Of a stretch of DNA of 64,000 nucleotides, positions 1 through 10,399 are shown piece after piece; position 1 is the stretch's first letter; the number at the start of each line of letters is the position of its first letter. Origin of the DNA: an uncultured Chloroflexia bacterium. GTDB taxonomy: Bacteria; Chloroflexota; Anaerolineae; CG2-30-64-16. The position numbers and the translations under genes are program-made. The DNA is taken from assembly GCA_963810095.1 (NCBI GenBank), contig CAWEMM010000008.1, forward strand, positions 113,474-177,473, written 5' to 3'. The notes below the pieces were generated by a model. That model ran no database searches and was not told the DNA's origin. It was given only the letters and a program-made list of their open reading frames with translations.

Positions 1-2
1 AT

Positions 3-770
3 CCTAACGGTCGCGCACCGGAAATCTTCAGGCTGCTGGCGAACGATTTACGTTGGCAGCTGATCGTCGCGCTTGCCCGATCGGACCTTAAGGTGCAGGA
101 ATTGGCCGCTCGGACGGACCGGCCACAAAACCTCGTCTCCTATCATCTCAAGGAGCTCCGCGCGGCGGAGCTGGTTGTCGAGCGGCGTAGCAGCGCAGAC
201 GCGCGCGACGTCTACTATAGTCTCGACCTCGGCCGGCTCCGCGACCGATTGCTCGAGAGTGGGCAAGTCCTCCATGCAGTTCTGGGAAGCTCCGGTCGGT
301 CATCACGGATAATCGCCGAACGGGAATTGCCCGTATCGGTCCTATTCTTATGCACCCGCAATAGTGCGCGCTCCCAGATGGCCGAAGCCCTACTACGGGC
401 GCGCGGTCCGGCGTCGCTGCACGTCTGCAGCGCAGGCAGTGAGCCGGCTGCTGTTCATCCGTTGGCAATCGAAGCGATGGCCGAGATGGGCATTGACCTG
501 CGCGGGCACGTGGCGAAGCACTTTGAGCAGCTCGTGGGGCAACACTTCGACTATGTGATCACGGTATGCGACCGCGTGCGCGAGGTCTGCCCCGTCTTTG
601 CGGACGAATCCGAAGCGATCCACTGGAGCTTGCCCGACCCTGCAGCCGTGACTGGCTCGCCGGCCGAGCGCTATAAGGCGTTCCGGGAGACCGCCGCGGA
701 GCTCACTACCCGCATTGATTTCCTATTGCCAGCCCTATTGAGTGACTATTCGAAAGGAAGAGACGCGTGA
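3..770 (+). CDS. ArsR-type HTH fused to LMW-PTP-type arsenate reductase domain (5' partial)
   Basis: Frame is open from position 3 (…IFRLLANDLRWQLI…QNLVSYHLKELR), an HTH; then P-loop CTRNSAR, TVCD…CP and HWSLPDP. Confidence 0.85.
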   Translation, partial: PNGRAPEIFRLLANDLRWQLIVALARSDLKVQELAARTDRPQNLVSYHLKELRAAELVVERRSSADARDVYYSLDLGRLRDRLLESGQVLHAVLGSSGRSSRIIAERELPVSVLFLCTRNSARSQMAEALLRARGPASLHVCSAGSEPAAVHPLAIEAMAEMGIDLRGHVAKHFEQLVGQHFDYVITVCDRVREVCPVFADESEAIHWSLPDPAAVTGSPAERYKAFRETAAELTTRIDFLLPALLSDYSKGRDA

Positions 771-1222
771 GCAAGGTGAACGTACTGTTCTTGTGCACCG
801 GCAACTCGGCGCGCAGCCAGATGGCGGAGGCATTCCTCCGCGCGTATGGCGGCGAGCAATTTGAGGCGTTCAGCGCAGGGCTGGATCCGAAAGACATCAG
901 CCCCTACACACGACAGGTGATGGCGGAGCGCGGCTACGACCTGGCCGGCCAGCGCTCCAAAAATGTCAGCGAATACCTGGCCAAGAAGCACTTCGGCTAC
1001 CTGATCACCGTGTGCGGTCAGGCTGAGCAGAACTGCCCGCGGGCGTTCATGGGCATGGGGCGCCGCGTGCATTGGGACCTGGAGGACCCGGCGGCATTCG
1101 TGGGGACGGATGAGCAGATACTCGAAAAGTACCGTCAGGTGCGCGACGAGGTCGAGGCACGAGTTCGTGGTTGGGTCGCCGAGACGCGACCGACACTGCA
1201 GGGAGTGAATCTGAATGGCTAA
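767..1222 (+). CDS. arsC: thioredoxin-type arsenate reductase ArsC (LMW-PTP fold)
   Basis: VLFLCTGNSARSQMAE, TVC…CP, HWDLEDP. Confidence 0.85.
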   Translation: MSKVNVLFLCTGNSARSQMAEAFLRAYGGEQFEAFSAGLDPKDISPYTRQVMAERGYDLAGQRSKNVSEYLAKKHFGYLITVCGQAEQNCPRAFMGMGRRVHWDLEDPAAFVGTDEQILEKYRQVRDEVEARVRGWVAETRPTLQGVNLNG

Positions 1223-1643
1223 GCGACGAGTGTTGTTTCTATGCACCGGCAACTCCTGCCGCAGCCAATTGGCCGAAGCGATCGTCAACGCGCGCCTGGG
1301 CGATGAGTGGGAGGCGTATAGTGCGGGTACGCAGCCAGCGGGCTATGTTCACCCGTTGGCCGTGAAGGTCTTACGGGAGAACGGTATCGAGCACGAAGGG
1401 CGCTCGAAGAGTGCCAACGAGTACCGCGACATGGCGTTCGACCTTGTCGTGACGGTCTGTGACGATGCCGCCGAGAACTGCCCGGTGTGGTTGGGCAAGG
1501 GGCGGCGGGTCCACCTCGGCTTTCCCGATCCCGCCAAGGCAACGGGCAGCGCGGACGAGGTGCTGGCCGTGTTCCGGCGCGTGAGAGACGATATTGCACT
1601 CCGGGTCACTGAGCTTCTGGAGGAGACAAAACTCGGGGCTTGA
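1215..1643 (+). CDS. arsC: thioredoxin-type arsenate reductase ArsC
   Basis: VLFLCTGNSCRSQLAE, TVCDDAAENCP, FPDP. Confidence 0.88.
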   Translation: MAKRRVLFLCTGNSCRSQLAEAIVNARLGDEWEAYSAGTQPAGYVHPLAVKVLRENGIEHEGRSKSANEYRDMAFDLVVTVCDDAAENCPVWLGKGRRVHLGFPDPAKATGSADEVLAVFRRVRDDIALRVTELLEETKLGA

Positions 1644-1674
1644 CAAATCGCGAACTATATCGTATAAATACGAT
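1640..1674 (+). promoter_or_regulatory. sigma70-type promoter with overlapping ArsR-type operator
   Basis: TTGACA(1640)-17-TATAAA(1663); perfect inverted repeat ATCGTAT-AA-ATACGAT at 1659-1674. Confidence 0.7.
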
Positions 1675-1710
1675 GTGAATTGCGAGAGCAGATAGGCGGG
1701 GTTGGACGAA

Positions 1711-2097
1711 ATGGACACGATCACATTGCAGGAACGACGTAACACCCAGGACGAAGAGCGGCTGGTGCAGATGTTGAAAGCGCTGGGCAATCCCATCCGC
1801 TTTCGGATCATGCAGACGCTGGCCGAGCGCAAGACGTGCATTACGCAGGAGATCGTCGACACCACGCCGCTCGCCCAGTCCACTGTCAGCCAGCATCTGA
1901 AAGTGCTACGCGAGGCTGGGCTGATCGACGGCGAGACCGAGGGGCCGGCGACCTGCTACTGCCTCAGCGAGTCGGGCATCCGGTGGCTTAAGGAACAGAT
2001 CGAAGGCTGGTTGCCAGGCTGCTGCACCCCGAGCACTGGCAGGGTGCGCGACTTCGCGCCGGTGGACATCAAGGCGGCGAGCGGCTGCTGCAGCTGA
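1711..2097 (+). CDS. arsR: ArsR/SmtB family metalloregulator
   Basis: KALGNPIRFRIM…LAQSTVSQHLKVLREAGLI; C-terminal CC pairs; start may instead be TTG 1702. Confidence 0.85.
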   Translation: MDTITLQERRNTQDEERLVQMLKALGNPIRFRIMQTLAERKTCITQEIVDTTPLAQSTVSQHLKVLREAGLIDGETEGPATCYCLSESGIRWLKEQIEGWLPGCCTPSTGRVRDFAPVDIKAASGCCS

Positions 2098-2108
2098 GCT
2101 ACTCCGGC

Positions 2109-2154
2109 TTGACGGTGCTATTTTTTTGAGGTCAATCATCGTAATTAGCCGATG
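2109..2154 (+). promoter_or_regulatory. putative promoter and second ArsR-type operator upstream of the methyltransferase
   Basis: TTGACG at 2109; CATCG-N8-CGATG at 2137-2154, same ATCG-N8-CGAT core as 1659-1674. Confidence 0.5.
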
Positions 2155-2183
2155 AAATCCAACCAAGATAGGGAGATCGCATC

Positions 2184-3692
2184 ATGACGACCATGAGCGT
2201 AACGGGCAAGGCCACTATGCCTCGGGCTTCAGCCGAGTACTTCGAACGGGTGGCGGGCGAGTGGGACAGCCTGCGCAGTGGCTACTTCGGGGAGGCCGTG
2301 CGAGACGCGGCGATTGCGCGGTCATACCTGCGGCCAGAGATGGTCGTGGCCGACATCGGCTCGGGCACCGGGTTCATGGCAGCAGGGCTCGCGCCACTGG
2401 TCGCCAAGGTCTACGCGGTCGATGGCTCGGAGGCGATGCTCGAGGTGGCGCGCGAGAAGCTGGCGAGCTTCGGTAATGTAGAGCTGCAACTGGCCGATGG
2501 CGCGACGCTGCCGTTTGACGACGCGGCGCTGGATGCGGTCTTCGCGAACATGTACCTGCACCACTGCCCCGATCCACAAGCAGCTATCACCGAGATGGTG
2601 CGGGTGCTCAAGCCCGGCGGCCGCCTGGTGATCACGGACATGGACCAGCATGAGCACACCTGGCTGCGCGACGAAATGGCGGACGTCTGGCTGGGCTTCG
2701 CGCGGCAGGACCTGCGAGCGTGGTTCCGGACGGCGGGATTAGTGAACATCATCGTCGACCGCACCGGCGAGACCTGCAGTTCAAAGTCGACGAGCTGTGC
2801 AGGGGAAGGCATGGCGGATATCAGCATCTTCGTTGCTACCGGCAGCCGGCGGGTGAGCGGTGCAAAGGACGCGGTGCAGGAGAATTACGGCGCGCTGGCG
2901 GTCAACGGGGGGTGCTGTGGCTCGACCTCATCGCAGAGCAGCTGCTGCTCGACGTCGGACAGCGGCTCGCCAGCGAGCGGCTCGCCAGCGAGCAATTGCT
3001 GTTCTCCCGCTTCGAACGCTATGGAACTGGTCGAAGCCGGAGACCCGGACCTGGTCCTGTGGGAGACGGGGTACACCGCCGAGCAGATCAGCCTGGTGCC
3101 CGCCGAGGCGGTGAATCTCTCGCTAGGGTGCGGCAATCCGACGGCGATGGCATCGTTGAAGCCGGGCGAGACGGTACTGGATATCGGGAGTGGCGCGGGG
3201 ATCGACGCCTTCTATGCAGCCAAGCGTGTTGGACCTGAAGGGCATGTGATTGGACTGGACATGACGCCGGCCATGATCGAGCGGGCGGAGCGATCCGCAG
3301 AGGAAGCGGGGCTGACGCAGGTCGAGTTTCGGCTCGGCCAGGCGGAAGAGATGCCGGTCGAGGATGGAACGGTTGACGTGATCCTGTCCAACTGCGTCAT
3401 CAACCTCGCTGAGGACAAAGGCCGGGTCTTTGAAGAGGCGCACCGGGTACTAAAGTCGGGCGGGCGGTTGAGCATCAGCGACATGGTCACCGCCGGGCCG
3501 CTGCCGATGAGCCTTCGGAGCGATCCTGAGATGTGGGCGGGGTGTATCAATGGCGCCCTGCCCGAACGGGAGTATCTGGACCTGGTGCGGCAGGCCGGGT
3601 TTGTCGATGTGGTTGGGACGCGGAGCTTGAGCGGGGGCGAGTTGGAGGGTATCGAGGTGTACAGCCTGGGGGTCTCGGGGAGGAAGGGATAA
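2184..3692 (+). CDS. arsM: double SAM-methyltransferase; C-terminal domain is arsenite methyltransferase (ArsM)-like
   Basis: Two DIGSGxG motifs; C-domain has LGCGNP, SNCVINL and WAGCINGA (ArsM cysteines); CC-rich linker. Confidence 0.75.
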   Translation: MTTMSVTGKATMPRASAEYFERVAGEWDSLRSGYFGEAVRDAAIARSYLRPEMVVADIGSGTGFMAAGLAPLVAKVYAVDGSEAMLEVAREKLASFGNVELQLADGATLPFDDAALDAVFANMYLHHCPDPQAAITEMVRVLKPGGRLVITDMDQHEHTWLRDEMADVWLGFARQDLRAWFRTAGLVNIIVDRTGETCSSKSTSCAGEGMADISIFVATGSRRVSGAKDAVQENYGALAVNGGCCGSTSSQSSCCSTSDSGSPASGSPASNCCSPASNAMELVEAGDPDLVLWETGYTAEQISLVPAEAVNLSLGCGNPTAMASLKPGETVLDIGSGAGIDAFYAAKRVGPEGHVIGLDMTPAMIERAERSAEEAGLTQVEFRLGQAEEMPVEDGTVDVILSNCVINLAEDKGRVFEEAHRVLKSGGRLSISDMVTAGPLPMSLRSDPEMWAGCINGALPEREYLDLVRQAGFVDVVGTRSLSGGELEGIEVYSLGVSGRKG

Positions 3693-3814
3693 AGCGAGCG
3701 TTTCCCCGAGCGGCCGATCCTGCTCGTAACGACAAAGCGGGCGCCCGTCCTGATGACTGACTGCCCGTTGTTGCCCAAACTCATTGTCAGCACACAACTG
3801 GCGCGGCAGAGGGA

Positions 3815-3843
3815 TTGACCCGCGCTAGTCGTAGTGCTATGAT
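3815..3843 (+). promoter_or_regulatory. sigma70-type promoter with extended -10
   Basis: TTGACC-17-TATGAT preceded by TGc. Confidence 0.6.
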
Positions 3844-3879
3844 TTGCACAGGCGTAGGCTAACGCTGAAAGGAGATGGC

Positions 3880-4098
3880 ATGATGAAACGTCTTCAGAAA
3901 GCGATGCGGCCGGGCTACATTGAGGACACGCTGCAGGCGTGGGAGGACATGCGGGCCGAGGTCCTGCATGAGATCCAGGATGGCGGGCCGGTGCGGGAAG
4001 AACGGGTCGAGGCGGCCAGCGATATCGCGGCACATGTATTCCCGTGGGTGCTCGCCGAGCCGCAATCCGCTCGTCCAAGTCATGCTCACCGAAGGTAG
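3880..4098 (+). CDS. small hypothetical protein (72 aa)
   Basis: RBS AAAGGAG at 3868-3874 and a promoter immediately upstream; no recognisable motif. Confidence 0.5.
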   Translation: MMKRLQKAMRPGYIEDTLQAWEDMRAEVLHEIQDGGPVREERVEAASDIAAHVFPWVLAEPQSARPSHAHRR

Positions 4099-4151
4099 CT
4101 AGATCAAGCACGGGGGCCAGTGCAGGTCTGACCAGGCGCACAACCGTATAA

Positions 4152-4198
4152 GGGGATGAGGCTCCCCGGGGTTATAGACCCAGAACGTCGCAAGACTG

Positions 4199-4209
<11 letters not shown>
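4152..4209 (+). ncRNA. fluoride riboswitch (crcB motif) #1
   Basis: GGGGATGAGGCTCCCC … GTCGCAAGAC TGATAGCCTCTAC; P1, pseudoknot GAGGC/GCCTC; upstream of eno…fluC. Confidence 0.93.
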
Positions 4210-5560
<1,351 letters not shown>

Positions 5561-6187
5561 GTGCCCATGACGCGCTTCGTCCTGGTTCGGCACGGTCAGA
5601 CGGAGTGGAACCGGGTCGAACGGTTCCGCGGACGGGCCGATGTGCCGTTGAACGACGCCGGGCTGGCGCAGGCGGAGGCGACCGGGCGGCGGGTGGCCGA
5701 GGAATGGCAGCCCGCCGCCGTGTACGCCAGTCCGCTTAGCCGGGCATACGTGACGGCGGAAGCGATTAGCGTACGCTGCGGCCTGCCGGTGGCGCCGTTG
5801 GCCGGCGTGATCGATATCGATTACGGGGAGTGGCAGGGACTGACGCCCGAGGAGGTCGCCGCCCGCTGGCCAGACCTGCTGCACGCCTGGTATACCGCGC
5901 CGCAGACGGTGCAGGTCCCCGGCGGTGAGTCGCTGGCGGGACTGCGCGAGCGGGCCATGCGGTCTCTTTGTGAGCTGGTGGACCGGCACCGTGACGAGAC
6001 AGTCGCGGTCGTGAGCCACACGGTGGTCAACCGGGTGATCCTGTTGGGCATCCTCGGGCTGGGCAATGAACGGTTTTGGCGGCTGCGGCAGGACAACTGC
6101 GCAATCAATGTGTTCGACGCGGACGCCAGCGATTTCACGCTGGTGACACTAAACGATACCAGCCATCTGCGCTGCGCTGAGAAATGA
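5561..6187 (+). CDS. histidine phosphatase / phosphoglycerate mutase family (GpmB/CobC-like)
   Basis: LVRHGQT.WN…RFRG, SPLSRA, GES, VVSH. Confidence 0.9.
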   Translation: MPMTRFVLVRHGQTEWNRVERFRGRADVPLNDAGLAQAEATGRRVAEEWQPAAVYASPLSRAYVTAEAISVRCGLPVAPLAGVIDIDYGEWQGLTPEEVAARWPDLLHAWYTAPQTVQVPGGESLAGLRERAMRSLCELVDRHRDETVAVVSHTVVNRVILLGILGLGNERFWRLRQDNCAINVFDADASDFTLVTLNDTSHLRCAEK

Positions 6188-6209
6188 GCCGCCGCGCACC
6201 TGGAACGAG

Positions 6210-6761
6210 GTGACCGTGAATAACTTATGGCTTGAGCTGCGCATGGGGCCGAAAGCGCCTGATATCGTATATGCCATCGTCGAGTCGCCCAAGGGCCAGC
6301 GGAACAAGACGGAGTATAACATCAACAGTGGTGCGCTCGTGTTGAGCCGCACGCTCGCCTCGTCGCTGCACTACCCGGGCGACTATGGGCTCATCCCGCA
6401 GACCTTCTTCGAAGATGGTGAGCCCATGGACATCCTGACCATGACCGGCGAGCCGACTTTCCCCGGCTGCGTCATCCAGGCGCGCCCCGTGGGCATTCTG
6501 CGACTGATGGACGCCGGCCATCACGACGACAAGGTGCTGGCGGTGGCTGCCACGGACCCACTCTTCGCCGAGTACCAGGCGCTGAAGGACATCCCCCCTC
6601 ACTTCCTGCGCGAGGTGCAGCACTTCTTCGAGACGTACAAAGACCTGGAGGGCGGCAAGCGCGCGCAGGCGATGGGGTGGGAGGACGCGGCGGCGGCCAA
6701 GGAGGCCATCCTGCGCGCCCACCAGGTGTTCTTGGAGCGTTTCAGTCTGAAGGGCCTGTAG
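6210..6761 (+). CDS. ppa: family I inorganic pyrophosphatase (variant active site)
   Basis: YPGDYGLIPQT, DGEPMD, D…DDK, FFETYKDLE. Confidence 0.92.
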   Translation: MTVNNLWLELRMGPKAPDIVYAIVESPKGQRNKTEYNINSGALVLSRTLASSLHYPGDYGLIPQTFFEDGEPMDILTMTGEPTFPGCVIQARPVGILRLMDAGHHDDKVLAVAATDPLFAEYQALKDIPPHFLREVQHFFETYKDLEGGKRAQAMGWEDAAAAKEAILRAHQVFLERFSLKGL

Positions 6762-6849
6762 GACAGCGGCATCGTAGGGCGCCTGAGAGACGAGCCTATG
6801 AGCCGCGAGCGCCTGGTGTGGAGGCGTGCAGCAATGCAGAGGGGAGTGC

Positions 6850-7224
6850 ATGACGAGGTTCCTGTTGATTGGCCTGGGCGGCATGGTGGGCGCGAATGTG
6901 CGCTACTGGCTGCAGCAATGGGCTGCCAACCGCTGGGGTGCGGCGTTTCCCTATGGGACGTTGATCATCAATGTGAGCGGGAGTTTCATCCTCGGTTTCT
7001 TCATCGTATTGGTCACCGACCGGCTCGCGGTCTCGCCCAACTGGCGTTACCTGATTGCGGTCGGGCTGTTAGGCGGCTACACGACCTTTTCGTCGTTCAC
7101 GGTCGAAACGCTTACGCTGGCCGGGAGCGGGCGCCTGCTGCCCGCGTTGTTGTATCTGGGCGGCAATGTGGGGCTTGGCCTCATCTTCGCCTATCTTGGC
7201 ATGGCACTGGCACGGGCGCTTTAG
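6850..7224 (+). CDS. crcB: fluoride channel FluC/CrcB
   Basis: GGMVGANVRY, PYGTLIINVSGSF, GLLGGYTTFSSF; 4 hydrophobic segments. Confidence 0.96.
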   Translation: MTRFLLIGLGGMVGANVRYWLQQWAANRWGAAFPYGTLIINVSGSFILGFFIVLVTDRLAVSPNWRYLIAVGLLGGYTTFSSFTVETLTLAGSGRLLPALLYLGGNVGLGLIFAYLGMALARAL

Positions 7225-7276
7225 GAGCGCCTGCGAGCGGAGCACGCGCTCCTGGCAGAGCGTTCGGAGGTGCGAG

Positions 7277-8553
7277 ATGGAAATCGTCGGGACTGCCAAG
7301 AAAGTGACGGTATACATCGGCGAGAGCGACCGCTGGGCCGGTAAGCCGTTGTACATGGCGATCTTGGAGGTGCTCAAGGCGGCCGACTGCGCGGGGGCAA
7401 CAGTAACGCGAGGCGTCGCAGGTTTCGGCGCGCACAGCCGCATCCGGACCGCAACCATCGTCGACCTGTCGCCCGACCTGCCCCTCATCGTGGAGTGGGT
7501 CGACGACCCGGGGCGGGTCGAGCGTGTCATGCCGAAGCTGATCGAGATGGTCGCCGAAGGCATGATCACCTGCTCGGAGGTCGAGGTGCATGACTTACGG
7601 GCATCGCGAGCTGCGCCGGCTGCGGGCCTCGGCGCCGGTGCATGACTTGATGAGTCGCGAGGTCCGTTCTGTGCGGCCAGACACGAGCGTGGCGGATGCC
7701 GTAGAGATGCTGATCGGCAAGGCCTATAAGGCGCTCCCCGTCGTCGACGATGAGCGCCGCGTGGTCGGGATCCTCACGGACGGCGACGTGCTGCGGCGAT
7801 TGGGACTCCCGGCTGCTGGCGTGCAGTCGGCACTGACGCGCGCGGAGCTCGGCCGGGAGCTCGAGGCGCTGCGCCACAGCGGGCAGACGGTCAAGGATAT
7901 CATGGTGAGCCCGGTGGTAACGACCACGGAGGATGCGCCAATCGCCCAGGCCGTCAAAGTGATGACACAGCGGGGCATCAAGCGGCTGCTGGTCGTGGAT
8001 CGGGACGGCCGGCTCATCGGCGTGGTCAGCCGGGTCGACGTGCTCCGTGCGTTAGCTCAGCCGGCCGTGGCGGAGGCCCCCCAAGCCGAGGTGCGGCCGG
8101 GGCACCACGTCCAGGTACGCGACGTGATGGTGACGGAAGTGCCAAAGGTGCACGTCGATGCTGGGCTCAACAAAGTCGTGGACCTGCTGGTCAGCTCGGC
8201 CGAGCGCCGCATCGTGGTGGTGGATACGGATGAACGGGTACTGGGCATCATCACGGACGGCGATCTGATCAAGCGCGCCAGCGGGACCGAACGCAGCGGG
8301 TTGCTGGGCGCCCTGAGCCGCCGGCTTAGCAGTGCAGAGGGAGTCAACCTTGCCGCTCGGACCGCGGGCGAGGTGATGACGGCTAACCCCGTCACGGTGA
8401 CACCCGAAACCCGCCTGTTGGATGCCCTGCAATTGCTCTTGCGCGCACAAGGTCAAGCGTTTGCCTGTCGTGGACGACACGGGGCGGCTCGTGGGTCTCG
8501 TCGGTCGGGGCGAGATACTGCAGGCGCTCGCTTCCGAGCTGCCTGAGGAGTGA
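7277..8553 (+). CDS. DUF190 (PII-like) domain plus tandem CBS pairs; frameshifts near 7590 and 8445
   Basis: VYIGESDRW…GATVTRGVAGFG…DLSPDLP; then four CBS repeats ending HKVKRLPVVD…GEILQAL. Confidence 0.8.
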
Positions 8554-8554
8554 C

Positions 8555-8998
8555 GTGCTCAACACGGCGCAGCGCGCGGCGATCACGATCGGCCTGCGCG
8601 CCTTCGAGATGCACTTGCACGAGATCGCGCGCTGGCTGCGAGGCGCACCGGATGCCGGCGTTCTGTTTTGGGAGCACCTTGATTTCAGCGACGAGGTGCG
8701 CATACAGGCCGAGGAGCAAGTTGCGGCTGCGCTTGCCCTGGTCGCGGAGCTGGCCCAGCGTTTTGAACTGGAACGGACCCCAATCGACCTGGGGGCGAAG
8801 ATCACGGGCATGATGAGCGTCGACTGGGCCGACCTGGTGGACCTGCAGGCGAGCAAACTGCGGCGCTACGGCGGGGTAGCGGCTGAATTGAGTGGTTTGC
8901 TGGACGCCGATGTCGAACGACTCGCGGACACGGCGAAGGAGCTGGCAAAGCTCAGAGGGGCTCCGAGCGGACACGGGGCGGCAGAAGTAGATGGCTGA
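8555..8998 (+). CDS. hypothetical helical protein
   Basis: 147-aa ORF tightly packed between neighbours in the operon. Confidence 0.65.
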   Translation: MLNTAQRAAITIGLRAFEMHLHEIARWLRGAPDAGVLFWEHLDFSDEVRIQAEEQVAAALALVAELAQRFELERTPIDLGAKITGMMSVDWADLVDLQASKLRRYGGVAAELSGLLDADVERLADTAKELAKLRGAPSGHGAAEVDG

Positions 8999-9671
8999 GC
9001 AGGACACGCTATTCCACGAAATCTTGGACGCGCTCAAGGCGGGTGGCTGCCCGATATGCCGGCTGGGACACCGTGCGCGCGACGCGCTACATCGACACGC
9101 TCAACTACGAGGGCGTCAACGATCCGGGCCTGCGCGAGAGCCTCCGCAAGTCGCGCGGGCTCTGCAACCGGCATGCGTGGGAATGGTCGCATGTGCGCGG
9201 CAGCCCGCTGGGTGTTGCCATCGTTTACCAGAACCTGGTCCGGGACCTGGCCGAGGTGGTCGCGAACGGCAAGGCTCGCTACCAGAGCAAGGCCATGGCC
9301 GTCGAGGAGTCGGGGGGCCGCTGGCTCCTGCGGCACGCTGTCCAGCCTGCGTGGCCGAAGACGATGCAGGCGACCGTTATGCGACGACGCTGCTAGAAGT
9401 ACCTCGAAGGCCGGAGATCGACGAGGTGTACGTCAGATCGGGCGGACTGTGTCTGCTACACTTACGGGTGGCCGTCAACTTAGCGGACGTCGGGCAGATC
9501 ACGAAACTGGCGAACTGGCAGGCGGCCGTGTATCGCGGGCTGGACGAGCAGCTCGGCGAGTTCATCCGCAAGCACGACTACCGGTTCGCGGGCGAGCCGA
9601 TGGAGGCAGAGAAAGACTCGTGGACGCGCGCCGTGGCGGCAATCGCGGGCCAGGAGGAAGACGTGCGTTAG
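8991..9671 (+). CDS. DUF6062-like protein with two CxxC…CxxH units; frameshifts near 9080 and 9325
   Basis: CPIC…GLCNRH and CPAC…GLCLLH…FIRKHDYRF assembled across two frames. Confidence 0.7.
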   Translation: MAEQDTLFHEILDALKAGGCPICRLGHRARDALHRHAQLRGRQRSGPAREPPQVARALQPACVGMVACARQPAGCCHRLPEPGPGPGRGGRERQGSLPEQGHGRRGVGGPLAPAARCPACVAEDDAGDRYATTLLEVPRRPEIDEVYVRSGGLCLLHLRVAVNLADVGQITKLANWQAAVYRGLDEQLGEFIRKHDYRFAGEPMEAEKDSWTRAVAAIAGQEEDVR

Positions 9672-9736
9672 CAGGGCGGCTGGCGGCATGCTCGCCTTGC
9701 TTACATCAATGAATACATTGTCTACAAGGAGCTTGC

Positions 9737-10171
9737 ATGACTTCCTTTCCAACCTGGTTCGTCTGGGCGCTTTTATCCGCCGTCTTCGCGGCGTTCACCG
9801 CCATCTTCGCAAAGATTGGCATTAAAGGCGTAGATTCAGACTTGGCTACGCTCGTGCGAACTGCAGTCATCATTGTCCTGTTGGCGGGCTTCGTTTGGGC
9901 AACTGGGAAGTGGAGTAACCCGCTTACACTCCCGCACAAGACCTTGCTATTTCTTGGACTGTCCGGCCTTGCCACTGGAGCTTCCTGGGTTTGCTATTTC
10001 CGCGCGCTCCAGATCGGAGATGCTTCGAAGGTCGCTCCCGTAGACAAGCTGAGCTTGGTGCTCGTCGCCATTTTTGCTTTCGCGTTGCTCGGCGAACGGC
10101 CAACACTCCGCGAATGGACGGGCATTGCGATGGTCGCGGGCGGCGTGCTTGTGCTCGCGCTTAAGAGATGA
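9737..10171 (+). CDS. EamA/DMT family small transporter
   Basis: FAKIGIKGVDSDLAT.VRT, YFRALQIG.ASKVAPVDKLS; RBS AAGGAG. Confidence 0.9.
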   Translation: MTSFPTWFVWALLSAVFAAFTAIFAKIGIKGVDSDLATLVRTAVIIVLLAGFVWATGKWSNPLTLPHKTLLFLGLSGLATGASWVCYFRALQIGDASKVAPVDKLSLVLVAIFAFALLGERPTLREWTGIAMVAGGVLVLALKR

Positions 10172-10230
10172 GGCGAAGGGGACCTCCTGCGGTCATTGGG
10201 CAGACCGATCGTGAGCAGAACCCCAGCGTT

Positions 10231-10258
10231 TTGATGTTTGCGCCTTAGGTGCTAAGAT
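10231..10258 (+). promoter_or_regulatory. putative promoter for riboswitch #2
   Basis: TTGATG … TGcTAAGAT (extended -10), ending 15 nt before the aptamer. Confidence 0.5.
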
Positions 10259-10273
10259 GCGCCCAACTGAATA

Positions 10274-10332
10274 GGGATGAGGCTCCCGGCCGGGGCGAAC
10301 GCTCCGGTTGTCGCAAGACTGATAGCCTCTAC
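10274..10332 (+). ncRNA. fluoride riboswitch #2
   Basis: GGGATGAGGCTCCC … GTCGCAAGAC TGATAGCCTCTAC. Confidence 0.92.
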
Positions 10333-10364
10333 CAGTGCGCTACGGCACTGGTAGAGGCTTTTTT
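10324..10364 (+). terminator. riboswitch intrinsic terminator
   Basis: 15-bp stem AGCCTCTACCAGTGC / GCACTGGTAGAGGCT followed by a T tract. Confidence 0.88.
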
Positions 10365-10399
10365 GTTGTTTAGGGTTGGATCGGATCGTGAGGCGAGGC

